NCBI GenBank assembly: GCA_030530245.1 | Contig: JAUMVH010000002.1 | Location: 1 to 35,794, forward strand | Length of the DNA: 35,794 nucleotides | Direction: 5' to 3' | Source of the DNA: Ruminococcus sp. | Lineage (GTDB): Bacteria > Bacillota > Clostridia > Oscillospirales > Ruminococcaceae | Part shown: positions 19,063-27,020 of the stretch, piece after piece | How positions within the stretch are numbered: the first letter of the stretch is position 1 | Layout of the letters: the number at the start of each line of letters is the position of its first letter | Program-made: the position numbers and the translations under genes | The notes under the pieces: model-generated | The model's database searches: none | What the model was told of the DNA's origin: nothing | Seen by the model: only the letters and a program-made list of their open reading frames with translations

Positions 19063-20001
19063 TTAATCCGAATCGCGCTTGTATCTTCCGTTGGTGAAGA
19101 CCACGCCGTTTCCGTAGTCGTCAAGGTCGAGCAGCAGCGCTCCGTGGGCGACCGAGTAATCATACTGCCTGCTTTTCTTCTCGTCGAGCTTGTGAGTATC
19201 GGCGCACACATTGCCGTTGAGGTCGACCGTGACCGCACCCTCCGAGCAGAGCACCTCCACGGTGTCCGCCTTGTAGCGGCCCTGCATATCGGCAGGCTCG
19301 GGCATGACATAGGTGATGTCGCCGTAACGCGACGAGATGAGCGCGTCCTCCCGCTTCTCCTTATAGCGGGTGGTGCTGATGAAAACGCCCTTTTCCCCCG
19401 TGACCCTGTTGTCGTCGGACGCGTCGAAGGCGATATTCTCAGCGGTGAGGTCGTCATAGGTGTATAGCTCGACGTGTCCGCAGAGCTCCTTCGCGGCGAG
19501 CTGTCCGCCGTAGTTGCTTATCTGAAAGCTGTCGAAGCTCCGCGGCAGGGTCATCTCCACATAGGACTGTGCATGGCTGAACAGCACGCCCTCGAATTCC
19601 TGCTTGAAGATGTTGTACGACGACCTCGCGGAATTGCCTGTCGTCCTGTCGATGAAGCCTACCGAGAGTATGCCCTCGTCGGTGAGCGCGTGAGTTATGC
19701 CGAGGCTGTCCCGCTCGAGCTTGCGGTTCTTCGCCTTGCGGCTGTTTTTCAGACCTCCGCCGAAGTCCACCTTCACGCGTATCTCGGGCACCTCGACGTC
19801 GCCGCAGGTAACGATGACGGTGCCGTTTATGTCGCTGCTGAACGAAATGCCGTGACAGCTCCCGTCGGTGAAGTCGATGTCGTCGAAAGGCACTGTTATG
19901 TTGATGCTGTACGTCTCTGTTTTTACCCCGCAAGAGGTCAGGGCAGGGCAGAGCAGTCCCGCCACGAGCACATAAGCTGTGATTCGTTTCACTAAGTTCA
20001 A
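19063..20001 (-). CDS. Lipoprotein, possibly with DUF4097/adhesin-like beta-strand repeats
   Basis: Lipobox LTSC, TTG start after AGGAGG; ISNYGGQL, ISSRYGDIT and LCSEGAVT repeats. Confidence 0.6.
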   Translation of the reverse strand: MNLVKRITAYVLVAGLLCPALTSCGVKTETYSINITVPFDDIDFTDGSCHGISFSSDINGTVIVTCGDVEVPEIRVKVDFGGGLKNSRKAKNRKLERDSLGITHALTDEGILSVGFIDRTTGNSARSSYNIFKQEFEGVLFSHAQSYVEMTLPRSFDSFQISNYGGQLAAKELCGHVELYTYDDLTAENIAFDASDDNRVTGEKGVFISTTRYKEKREDALISSRYGDITYVMPEPADMQGRYKADTVEVLCSEGAVTVDLNGNVCADTHKLDEKKSRQYDYSVAHGALLLDLDDYGNGVVFTNGRYKRDSD

Positions 20002-20033
20002 TCCGACGCACCTCCTGTATGGCGCTGCTTGGC

Positions 20034-20239
20034 GGGAAGCCGAGGACGCCGTCCCCTACAACATTCCGAATGCAGGGGCGGACCCGCGTGTCCGCCCGCC
20101 TGAGATATCCGTTTATCCTCGGCGCACACATTCGCGTGCTACCCTTAGCGGAAAATGCGGGCTACCGAGCCGTAAACCTACGGCACATAATCGGTAACCT
20201 GCGAATCGGCTAAAGGGACACCCTTGGTGCGCCCCCTAC
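20034..20239. repeat. Cluster of intact and decayed REP-like hairpins in the leader of the lipoprotein operon
   Basis: ...gacgccgtcccctac ending 20059; gcaggggcggacccgcgtgtccgccc from 20072; ...gtgcgccccctac ending 20239. Confidence 0.7.
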
Positions 20240-20243
20240 AAAT

Positions 20244-20272
20244 ATTATACAATGGATTTGCCGATTAATCAA
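20244..20272 (-). promoter_or_regulatory. SigA promoter of the three-lipoprotein operon
   Basis: TTGATT-17-TATAAT. Confidence 0.6.
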
Positions 20273-20396
20273 TACAAACATTAAAATCGTAACAAATATC
20301 GCCGAAATGTAACGTTTATGCGCGTCAATACAGGCAATATACCACAAATATAGTATAATTTATTTGTGAAAAATAACCTATCTTTATTTTTATATA

Positions 20397-20425
20397 TAGA
20401 CAAATCAAGAAAAATATTATATAAT
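20397..20425 (+). promoter_or_regulatory. SigA promoter of rsmD-coaD
   Basis: TAGACA-17-TATAAT. Confidence 0.6.
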
Positions 20426-20482
20426 ATCTTTGTATATGGATTTCGGCTGTTTGCCGATTAATACTATTAAGGAATTTTCTGA

Positions 20483-21037
20483 ATGAGAGTTATTACAGGT
20501 ATTGCACGCGGGCATAAGCTCGCGGCTCCCGAAGGGCTCGATACCCGACCTACGAGCGATAAGGTCAAGGAGGGCGTCTTCTCCTCGATACAGTTCGAGA
20601 TAGAGGGCGCGTATGTGCTCGACCTCTTCGCGGGAAGCGGTCAGATGGGCATAGAGGCGCTCAGCCGAGGCGCCGCGCACGCCGTTTTCGTGGACAGCTC
20701 CGCTAAAGCGGTAAAGTGCGTGAGCGAGAATCTGAAAAGCACCAAGCTGGACAAGCTCGCGGAGGTCATAACCCGCGACAGCTACGACTATATCAGACTC
20801 ACCGCGCAGAGCTTCGATATCATTATCCTCGACCCGCCCTACAGGTGCGGACATATCCCCAAGCTCCTGCCGCTCGCGGCGGCTAAGCTCAGGGACGGCG
20901 GCTTCATCATATGCGAGTATGAGAAGGAGGCAGGCACGCCCGAGGCTCCCGAGGGTATGGCACTGAGGAAGGTATACAGCTACGGCAAGATAAACGTCGC
21001 CGTTTTCACCAAGCCCTCAGAGGAGGATGAAGAATGA
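20483..21037 (+). CDS. rsmD: 16S rRNA m2G966 methyltransferase
   Basis: MRVITG..TRPTSDKVKE, LDLFAGSG, DPPY. Confidence 0.96.
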   Translation: MRVITGIARGHKLAAPEGLDTRPTSDKVKEGVFSSIQFEIEGAYVLDLFAGSGQMGIEALSRGAAHAVFVDSSAKAVKCVSENLKSTKLDKLAEVITRDSYDYIRLTAQSFDIIILDPPYRCGHIPKLLPLAAAKLRDGGFIICEYEKEAGTPEAPEGMALRKVYSYGKINVAVFTKPSEEDEE

Positions 21038-21525
21038 GAAGGATAGCCGTTTGCCCCGGAAGCTTCGACCCCGTTACACTGGGTCACCTCGACATAATCA
21101 CGAGAGCTTCCAAGCTGTTCGATAAGGTCATCGTGCTTATTTCCCGAAATGCGGGAAAAGCTCAGCCGAGCTTCACCGCTACCGAGCGTATGCTGATGAT
21201 AGAAGCCGTCACCAAAGACCTCGATAACGTGGTCATCGACATTCTCGACGGACTGCTCGCGGACTACGTCCGCAACGTCGGCGCGGTGGCTATAGTAAAG
21301 GGTCTGCGTGCCGTCAGCGACTTCGAGTACGAGTTCCAGATGGCGCTCGCGAACAAGAAGCTCTACGCAGGCGCAGAGACGGTGTTCCTCACCACGGCGG
21401 CGGAGAATATGTACCTCAGCTCGAGCGTGGTAAAGCAGATCGCCTACTTCGGCGGCGATATAAGTCATTTTGTTCCCGAAGAGATACTTGAAGACATACA
21501 GTCAAGATTAATAAAGGAGAGGTAA
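21034..21525 (+). CDS. coaD: Phosphopantetheine adenylyltransferase
   Basis: PGSFDPVTLGHLDII, GLRAVSDFEYE, SSSVVK. Confidence 0.98.
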   Translation: MRRIAVCPGSFDPVTLGHLDIITRASKLFDKVIVLISRNAGKAQPSFTATERMLMIEAVTKDLDNVVIDILDGLLADYVRNVGAVAIVKGLRAVSDFEYEFQMALANKKLYAGAETVFLTTAAENMYLSSSVVKQIAYFGGDISHFVPEEILEDIQSRLIKER

Positions 21526-21531
21526 AGTATT

Positions 21532-22065
21532 ATGAGTATTGATGAGATCCTTGAGGAAATGGACGAACTGCTGGACAAGTCCACTTCCGTCCCCTTCGTT
21601 TCACACAAGAAGATAGTTGACGGCGAGCGTATGCGCGAGCTCATCAACGATATCCGCCTCAATATGCCTCACGAGCTCAAGGAGGCAAAGAAGATCGAGT
21701 TCGACTGCCAGCGTATCCTCAACGAGGCTAAGCTCAACGCCGAGGGCATTATCCGCAAGGCGGAGGAAAGAGCTCAGCAGATAGTTTCTCAGGAGGCTAT
21801 CGTCACCGAGGCTAAGAAGAAGGCTGTGGATATCCTCCAGAAGGCTCAGGCGGCTTCCACGAACCTCCAGAAGAACGCGGCTCTCTCGGTAGCTCAGATG
21901 CTCAACGACGCCGAGGCTACTCACAACAAGTCGCTCCTCGACATAAAGCGCACCAAGGAAAAGCTCCAGCACACGCTCAAGAGCTCTCCCGCTCTCGGAC
22001 AGAATGCGACGTCCGTACAGCAGTCTGTTCTTCAGGACACAACGGCGGCAGCAAAGAAGAAGTGA
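21532..22065 (+). CDS. Conserved coiled-coil protein downstream of coaD (DivIVA-/ATPase-subunit-like)
   Basis: EMDELLD..SVPF..IRLNMPHELKEA pattern, long helical region, typical clostridial position. Confidence 0.75.
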   Translation: MSIDEILEEMDELLDKSTSVPFVSHKKIVDGERMRELINDIRLNMPHELKEAKKIEFDCQRILNEAKLNAEGIIRKAEERAQQIVSQEAIVTEAKKKAVDILQKAQAASTNLQKNAALSVAQMLNDAEATHNKSLLDIKRTKEKLQHTLKSSPALGQNATSVQQSVLQDTTAAAKKK

Positions 22066-22075
22066 TAACAACAAT

Positions 22076-22104
22076 AAAAGCGAGCTCAATGAGCTCGCTT
22101 TTTT
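22076..22104. terminator. Bidirectional intrinsic terminator
   Basis: aaaagcgagctc-aat-gagctcgctttttt between convergent genes. Confidence 0.88.
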
Positions 22105-22106
22105 GT

Positions 22107-23042
22107 TTACAGTAGAGCTGCCAGCAGCAGGTACGTCGCGTACATCGCGACGAATGTCATCGCCAGCGACATTATCACTACCAGCAGGCTGTTGAGTACC
22201 TTCACTCCGCCCGCCGCGAGTATCTCCTCGCGCCTGAGCTCGCCCGCCCTGTGCTCCCTGAGCCGCCTCAGCGACTTCAGCACGAAGCGGAAGTACAGCT
22301 TGTTGCCGAACAGGCAGAAGGTTATGCGTATGAGCATATCCGCCACGTTGCACACGTCCACGAGCAGCGAAAGTGTGTGGCGGTTGTCGTATATCTTCTG
22401 TATCACCTCCGCGGGGAAGATGGCGTAGCTGCTCTCGAGACCGTCCGCGATGAGGTAGCTCACCGCCAGCGGCATTGACAGCAGTACGGTCGCGATGAGC
22501 GACAGCATCGCCCAGAACCACATTCTCCTGTTCGCGAAGTAGACGGGCGGGAATATGAAGCTTATCAGATTGAAGGATATGCTCCTGCCCGTGTCCTTCA
22601 TACGCTTGAAGATGGGGATATAGTAGATGGTGTTCGTGCGCACGAAGTCCGCGACGTCCCTCAGCGGCGAGCCGCCCATGTCCTCGTCGGGATTGAAGCC
22701 GAGGTACGGTCTCGGTACGCCGAAGCTCATCTCCTCCGTCTCCTCGCCGTCGTCCTCGGAGGTAAGGTCAGCGCCGCACCTCACGCAGGTCTCGGCTTCG
22801 AGGCTGTTCGGGAAGTGGCAGGCGGAGCAGACCACGAACTTCCTCTCCTCGGGCTCGGGCTTCGTTTCCGCGGAGCTCTGCCAGCTCTCGTCCGTGCCGT
22901 GGAGCGCCGAATTCGCGCATTTGTTCTCAGCCTTGTAGCAGGCTCTGTGGTGCGGCGAGCCGCACTCGGGGCAGACTACGATATCGTCGCCCTCCGCGAA
23001 GACCTCTCCGCAGGCGACGCATTTTTCACCGATATAGTTCAT
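22107..23042 (-). CDS. Prokaryotic RING-like/Zn-ribbon membrane protein (DUF2628-like C-terminal part)
   Basis: CxxC..CPECGSPHHRAC, second CxxC..CxxC ribbon, YYIPIF..SFN..YFANRRM, TM helices; start reassigned to ATG 23042 after GGGAGG. Confidence 0.8.
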   Translation of the reverse strand: MNYIGEKCVACGEVFAEGDDIVVCPECGSPHHRACYKAENKCANSALHGTDESWQSSAETKPEPEERKFVVCSACHFPNSLEAETCVRCGADLTSEDDGEETEEMSFGVPRPYLGFNPDEDMGGSPLRDVADFVRTNTIYYIPIFKRMKDTGRSISFNLISFIFPPVYFANRRMWFWAMLSLIATVLLSMPLAVSYLIADGLESSYAIFPAEVIQKIYDNRHTLSLLVDVCNVADMLIRITFCLFGNKLYFRFVLKSLRRLREHRAGELRREEILAAGGVKVLNSLLVVIMSLAMTFVAMYATYLLLAALL

Positions 23043-23083
23043 ATTTCCTCCCTTCCGCCCGAAACGGCATTTCATTCAAAGAT

Positions 23084-23112
23084 ATTATAACACATATTTT
23101 TCAGAATATCAA
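23084..23112 (-). promoter_or_regulatory. SigA promoter of the RING-like gene
   Basis: TTGATA-17-TATAAT with extended TG; abuts the REP at 23113. Confidence 0.65.
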
Positions 23113-23302
23113 GTAGGGGCGGATATTATCCGCCCGCCAAATTTGGAATTCGGAATTATTGGTATCGCCTGCGGCGATGATTCTGTAGGGGCTGCCTTTG
23201 GCAGTCCGTCGGTCAACATAGCCGTAACCGTATTTCAATTTGCGGACGCCCAAAGGGCGCCCCTACAAATCACAGTTAGCGAGCTTGCAGGTGACAACGC
23301 GC
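23113..23302. repeat. Composite REP mosaic (three GTAG hairpins, AATTCGGAATT linker, TCGCCTGCGGCGA hairpin, decayed family-2 copy)
   Basis: GTAG at 23113 and 23185, CTAC ending 23266, gttagcgagcttgc at 23275. Confidence 0.78.
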
Positions 23303-23330
23303 AAAAGAGCACCCCTAAGGGTGCTCTTTT
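23303..23330. terminator. Intrinsic terminator after the GH74 gene
   Basis: aaaagagcaccc-ctaa-gggtgctctttt. Confidence 0.88.
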
Positions 23331-23334
23331 CGTA

Positions 23335-26094
23335 TTATTTTGTTGTTTCGGGGAGCGCGTCTATCTCCTTGGCGTCGAGCCTCTGTATCGCGAGGGCGTC
23401 CTTGGCGGTAATGCCGTCGCCGACGTTGGAGCAGTCCGCATTAGCCGCTCCCTGAGGAGTGAGCGCGTACTTGTCCTTGTTGGCGATGGACTGGAGTATC
23501 GCGACCGCGTCCGCGACCGTGACCTTCTTGTCGACGTTGGCGTCGCCGATGAGCGTTACCGCGGGGAGTGAAACGGCGGTAGTGCTGCTCTGTGCCGCAG
23601 TGGCAGTGGTAGTTGTCGCCTTGGTCGTGGCAGTTGTGGTAGCCTTAGTCGTAACGGTGTGGGGAGTTCCCGCGAGCTGACCGTAAACGATACCGCAGCC
23701 GACCGTGGACATATAGACCTTGCCGAACTCGTTCATATCGCCGACGAGGTAGTTTCCGTTGCCCGTGCCGCCGTAGAGGTGGTCGGTGTTTATGCATACC
23801 CACGACTTGCCGCCGTCAGTCGAGCGGTAGATGCCCTCGGGGTCGTCCTTCTCGGGCTGACCGTAGATGAACAGCGTATTTACGCCGCCCGCCTTCTCGG
23901 GAGCGCCGTAGCCGATACACTTGGCGTATGCCACGGAATCGAGCTTCTCGACTGTCTTGCCCTTGTCGGAGATGAGGAAAACGCCCTGATTAGCGCCCGC
24001 GAAGGCGATAATGCCGTTGCCGAGGTAGGCGGGGTCGCCCGTGCACTCGAACTTCCATGTGAGCTCCCAGTTATAGGGGCAGATACGTGTTTCGGTGAAG
24101 GTAGCGCCGTAGTCCTCGCTGATGAAGTAGGAGTAGTGAGACTCGTCGTAGGTAGGCTCCTTCTTGCTCATATCGGACGACCAGTACTCGTTGTACTGCG
24201 CGCCGACAGCGTAAACGGTCTTGGCGTCCTCGGGGTCAACGAGAGCGTAAACGCCCTTTGTAGCCTGTATACCGTCGCATTTATTCCATGTAGCGCCCCA
24301 GTCGTCGGAGTAGGAAGCCCCGCCCTTGGCGCTTGTATTGATGACTCTGTACTTGCCCTTGGAGAGCTCGGTGATAGCGAGCTTTCCGCCGCGGAAGGCG
24401 GGAGCGAATGCCTTCCACGACTTGCCGCGGTCGAGGGTATAGAACGCGCTGCCTGTGTTGTTGCCGTCGCCCTCGGCAGTTCTTGCCCACACGTCTGTAT
24501 TCTGCGGGCACACCGTGATAGCGGAGGTCGAGCCCATATTGGGCTTGTACTGCTGGGGGATGGAGTCGACGTCCTCGTGGATAAAGCCGTCGTAGTCGCC
24601 GATAGCGGAGAGGTCGAGACCGTCAGCCGTGCTGAAGAAGTCGAGGCTTACGCACTCCTCGACGCCGTCGGGCTGGAAGTAGAACTGTATACCCATATCG
24701 TCCCACGCGTTGTCGCAGGCGAAGACGCCGTTGCCCGATGTGAGGAGTATACGGTCGCCCTCGGGGTCACGCGGGTCGATGAGGATACCGCTTCCCCAGT
24801 GGCACGCTTTGCCGTATATCCAGTCATAGCCGTTCGTATCGAGGGGGAGCGAGGTGAACTTCTTCACGCCCGTGCCTGTCGAGTAGTCGGTCTCGCCCGC
24901 GCCGGGGGTGATATCGTCCCAGGTCTTGCCGCCGTCGTCCGAGCGGAAGAAGTGGTCGCCCCACGCGATAGTGCCCTCATTTTCGGGAGTGGTGGGGTCG
25001 TCCTGTATCCATTCGGTACCGCACCACTGGTCGGACCACATACCGCAGGTACGTGCGAACATCTTATTGGGGTCTTTTCTGTCGACCTCTATCATGCCGA
25101 TAGCATTTTTCAGCTCTGAGAGCTGCTCGACCTTGCCCGACGCGATATTGTACTTATACGCGCCGCCCGAAGCTCCCGCGAAAGCGAGACCTCCGATATA
25201 TGTGAAGAAGAGGTTGCCGTTGCGGTCACTGGTTATCGAGAGGGGATAGTTCTCGTTGGGGAGCGCCTTTATGGGCTCGAACTTGTCGTCCTTGACGCTT
25301 GCCACGTGGATATTGGCCTGTCCCGTAACGGACGTGCCGACGTATACCTTGCCGCCCTCGATGTGGATACAGCCGATACCGTTCTGCTCGTTGTAGAGCT
25401 TGCTCGGCTCGGTGCCTCTTACCATATGGTCTGTCCACGAGGGGTACTTGAGCTCGCCCGAGAAGAGACCGAGCGAATCATAGCCCTCAACGGGCTTCCA
25501 TGTCTTGCCGCCGTCGGTAGACTTGATGAGTGCGGACTTGCCGCCCGTGACGTCGCCGCCCGCGTAGATAGTGTCGGGGTCATCGGGGTCTACGGCGATA
25601 GGCTCGATACACTCACGTCCGTCGCCGTTGCCGTGGACCTGTATCAGGTCGGTTACGTCGGACTCGGTGAAGGTCTTGCCGCCGTCGGTGGTCTTGAAGA
25701 TGGACGTTCTCGCGTCGGAGAAGTACGCACAGCCGCAGAGGAAGTAAGCGGTCATGTCGTCGGTCGGGTCGATAGCGATGCCCTTACAGCTGAGGAGACC
25801 TCTGTCGTCCTCGTTGATGAAGCCGAAGAGCTGCACCCATCTGCTGCGGTCGTAGTCGTACCTGTAGACGCCGCCGACGTCCGTGCGGAGATACATCTCC
25901 TGCTGACCCGTCACGATACCCGAAACGAAGCCTGCACCGCCCATTCTGAGCGTATCCCACTCCATGGTGTCGGAGATGTCCTTGGTGGCAGCGTACGCCT
26001 TATCCACGCTGCCCGAGAAGCTCGACTGAGCTGCGCAGGCTGCTGTGATGCCTAAAGCACAGACGCCTGCAATTGTCTTCTTGAAAAGCTGCAT
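23335..26094 (-). CDS. Cellulosomal GH74 xyloglucanase with Thr-rich linker and C-terminal dockerin
   Basis: GGAGFVSGI..YLRTDVGG and SAIGDYDGF catalytic-Asp motifs, repeated S/T-x-DGGKTW Asp-boxes, dockerin GDANVDKKVTVADAVAILQ..ADC..DGITAKDALAIQ; start reassigned to ATG 26094. Confidence 0.92.
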   Translation of the reverse strand: MQLFKKTIAGVCALGITAACAAQSSFSGSVDKAYAATKDISDTMEWDTLRMGGAGFVSGIVTGQQEMYLRTDVGGVYRYDYDRSRWVQLFGFINEDDRGLLSCKGIAIDPTDDMTAYFLCGCAYFSDARTSIFKTTDGGKTFTESDVTDLIQVHGNGDGRECIEPIAVDPDDPDTIYAGGDVTGGKSALIKSTDGGKTWKPVEGYDSLGLFSGELKYPSWTDHMVRGTEPSKLYNEQNGIGCIHIEGGKVYVGTSVTGQANIHVASVKDDKFEPIKALPNENYPLSITSDRNGNLFFTYIGGLAFAGASGGAYKYNIASGKVEQLSELKNAIGMIEVDRKDPNKMFARTCGMWSDQWCGTEWIQDDPTTPENEGTIAWGDHFFRSDDGGKTWDDITPGAGETDYSTGTGVKKFTSLPLDTNGYDWIYGKACHWGSGILIDPRDPEGDRILLTSGNGVFACDNAWDDMGIQFYFQPDGVEECVSLDFFSTADGLDLSAIGDYDGFIHEDVDSIPQQYKPNMGSTSAITVCPQNTDVWARTAEGDGNNTGSAFYTLDRGKSWKAFAPAFRGGKLAITELSKGKYRVINTSAKGGASYSDDWGATWNKCDGIQATKGVYALVDPEDAKTVYAVGAQYNEYWSSDMSKKEPTYDESHYSYFISEDYGATFTETRICPYNWELTWKFECTGDPAYLGNGIIAFAGANQGVFLISDKGKTVEKLDSVAYAKCIGYGAPEKAGGVNTLFIYGQPEKDDPEGIYRSTDGGKSWVCINTDHLYGGTGNGNYLVGDMNEFGKVYMSTVGCGIVYGQLAGTPHTVTTKATTTATTKATTTTATAAQSSTTAVSLPAVTLIGDANVDKKVTVADAVAILQSIANKDKYALTPQGAANADCSNVGDGITAKDALAIQRLDAKEIDALPETTK

Positions 26095-26192
26095 AAAATT
26101 TCCCTCCATTTGGAATTGACCCGATTGCCTATACGGGTCGGTAAAACTTATTAACTTAATGTTATAAGTCTCTCATGTTTTCCTGCAAGTAT

Positions 26193-26221
26193 ATATTATC
26201 ATTATTTTAGCTCATTGTCAA
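26193..26221 (-). promoter_or_regulatory. SigA promoter of the GH74 gene
   Basis: TTGACA-17-TAATAT with extended TG. Confidence 0.55.
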
Positions 26222-26356
26222 TGGGATTTTTGGAGATTTTTACGAATAAATCGTAACGATTCTATGAACTCGAACACTATTTTATATATGCAGAAGATTA
26301 TATTCGCTATCGGACACTCGCGGAACTGTTAAATTTATAAAATATATAGCAGGCAC

Positions 26357-26412
26357 TTGACTTTTAGGAACGGATGTTCTATAATAAAAACACAAGGAAA
26401 GAACAAACGTTC
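26357..26412 (+). promoter_or_regulatory. SigA promoter with two LexA (Cheo) boxes
   Basis: TTGACT-17-TATAAT 26357-26385; GAACggatGTTC 26368-26379 in the spacer; GAACaaacGTTC 26401-26412. Confidence 0.82.
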
Positions 26413-26496
26413 GCTACACTGCAAAACGCTCCCCATACCCCCCGTTGAGGGAGCGCGGGTCATGAAATTCTCCCCACGGACAGGAGGCTATGATAT

Positions 26497-26730
26497 ATGG
26501 ATAATATGATAAACGGCTATGTAGAGAGCTGCACGCTCGTCAAGGCTCGTATCACCGAGCTCACGCAGCAGCGCAGCCTTCTGAGGCAGCAGGGCGATAC
26601 CTGCTCGATAAAGGAGCTTGACCTTGACAGGCGGATAAAGCTGCTATACTGCGAGTACGGTCAGATGCAGGAGGTGCTCTTCGCACTGAGGTCGTACGCA
26701 AGGAGGCGGGAGCAGAGTGCCGAGACGTGA
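26497..26730 (+). CDS. Small helical hypothetical protein (77 aa)
   Basis: AGGAGG RBS, coiled-coil-like sequence, overlaps the next gene. Confidence 0.72.
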   Translation: MDNMINGYVESCTLVKARITELTQQRSLLRQQGDTCSIKELDLDRRIKLLYCEYGQMQEVLFALRSYARRREQSAET

Positions 26731-27010
26731 GAGCTATTCCGATACATTTACAGGGCAGGCAGATAAGAATATACGCAGTATCCTCAGCGGCGGCGGTGAG
26801 GAGCAGCACACGCGGCTGAAAAGAATACTGTTAAAAGTAATAAATAATGAGCTCACACCGAGACAAAAGGAGATAATTGTGCTATACTATTTTAAGAACA
26901 TGGACACTACAGAGATATCGGCGGAGCTCGGAGTCACACCGCAGGCGGTCAGCGCTGCGCGGGCAAGAGCGAGGCTGAGACTCGTGAGGATACTTCAGTA
27001 CTATATGTGA
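26717..27010 (+). CDS. Stand-alone sigma-70 region 4-like HTH protein
   Basis: ELTPRQKEIIVLYYFKNMDTTEISAELGVTPQAVS..RARARLR; no region 2. Confidence 0.82.
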   Translation: MPRRESYSDTFTGQADKNIRSILSGGGEEQHTRLKRILLKVINNELTPRQKEIIVLYYFKNMDTTEISAELGVTPQAVSAARARARLRLVRILQYYM

Positions 27011-27020
27011 GGAAAGGGAT

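Noticed and set aside
26497-27010. Prophage remnant interpretation of the sigma region-4 gene pair
   Set aside because: No integrase, att-like repeats or other phage genes, and composition is similar to the flanks; it cannot be fully excluded.
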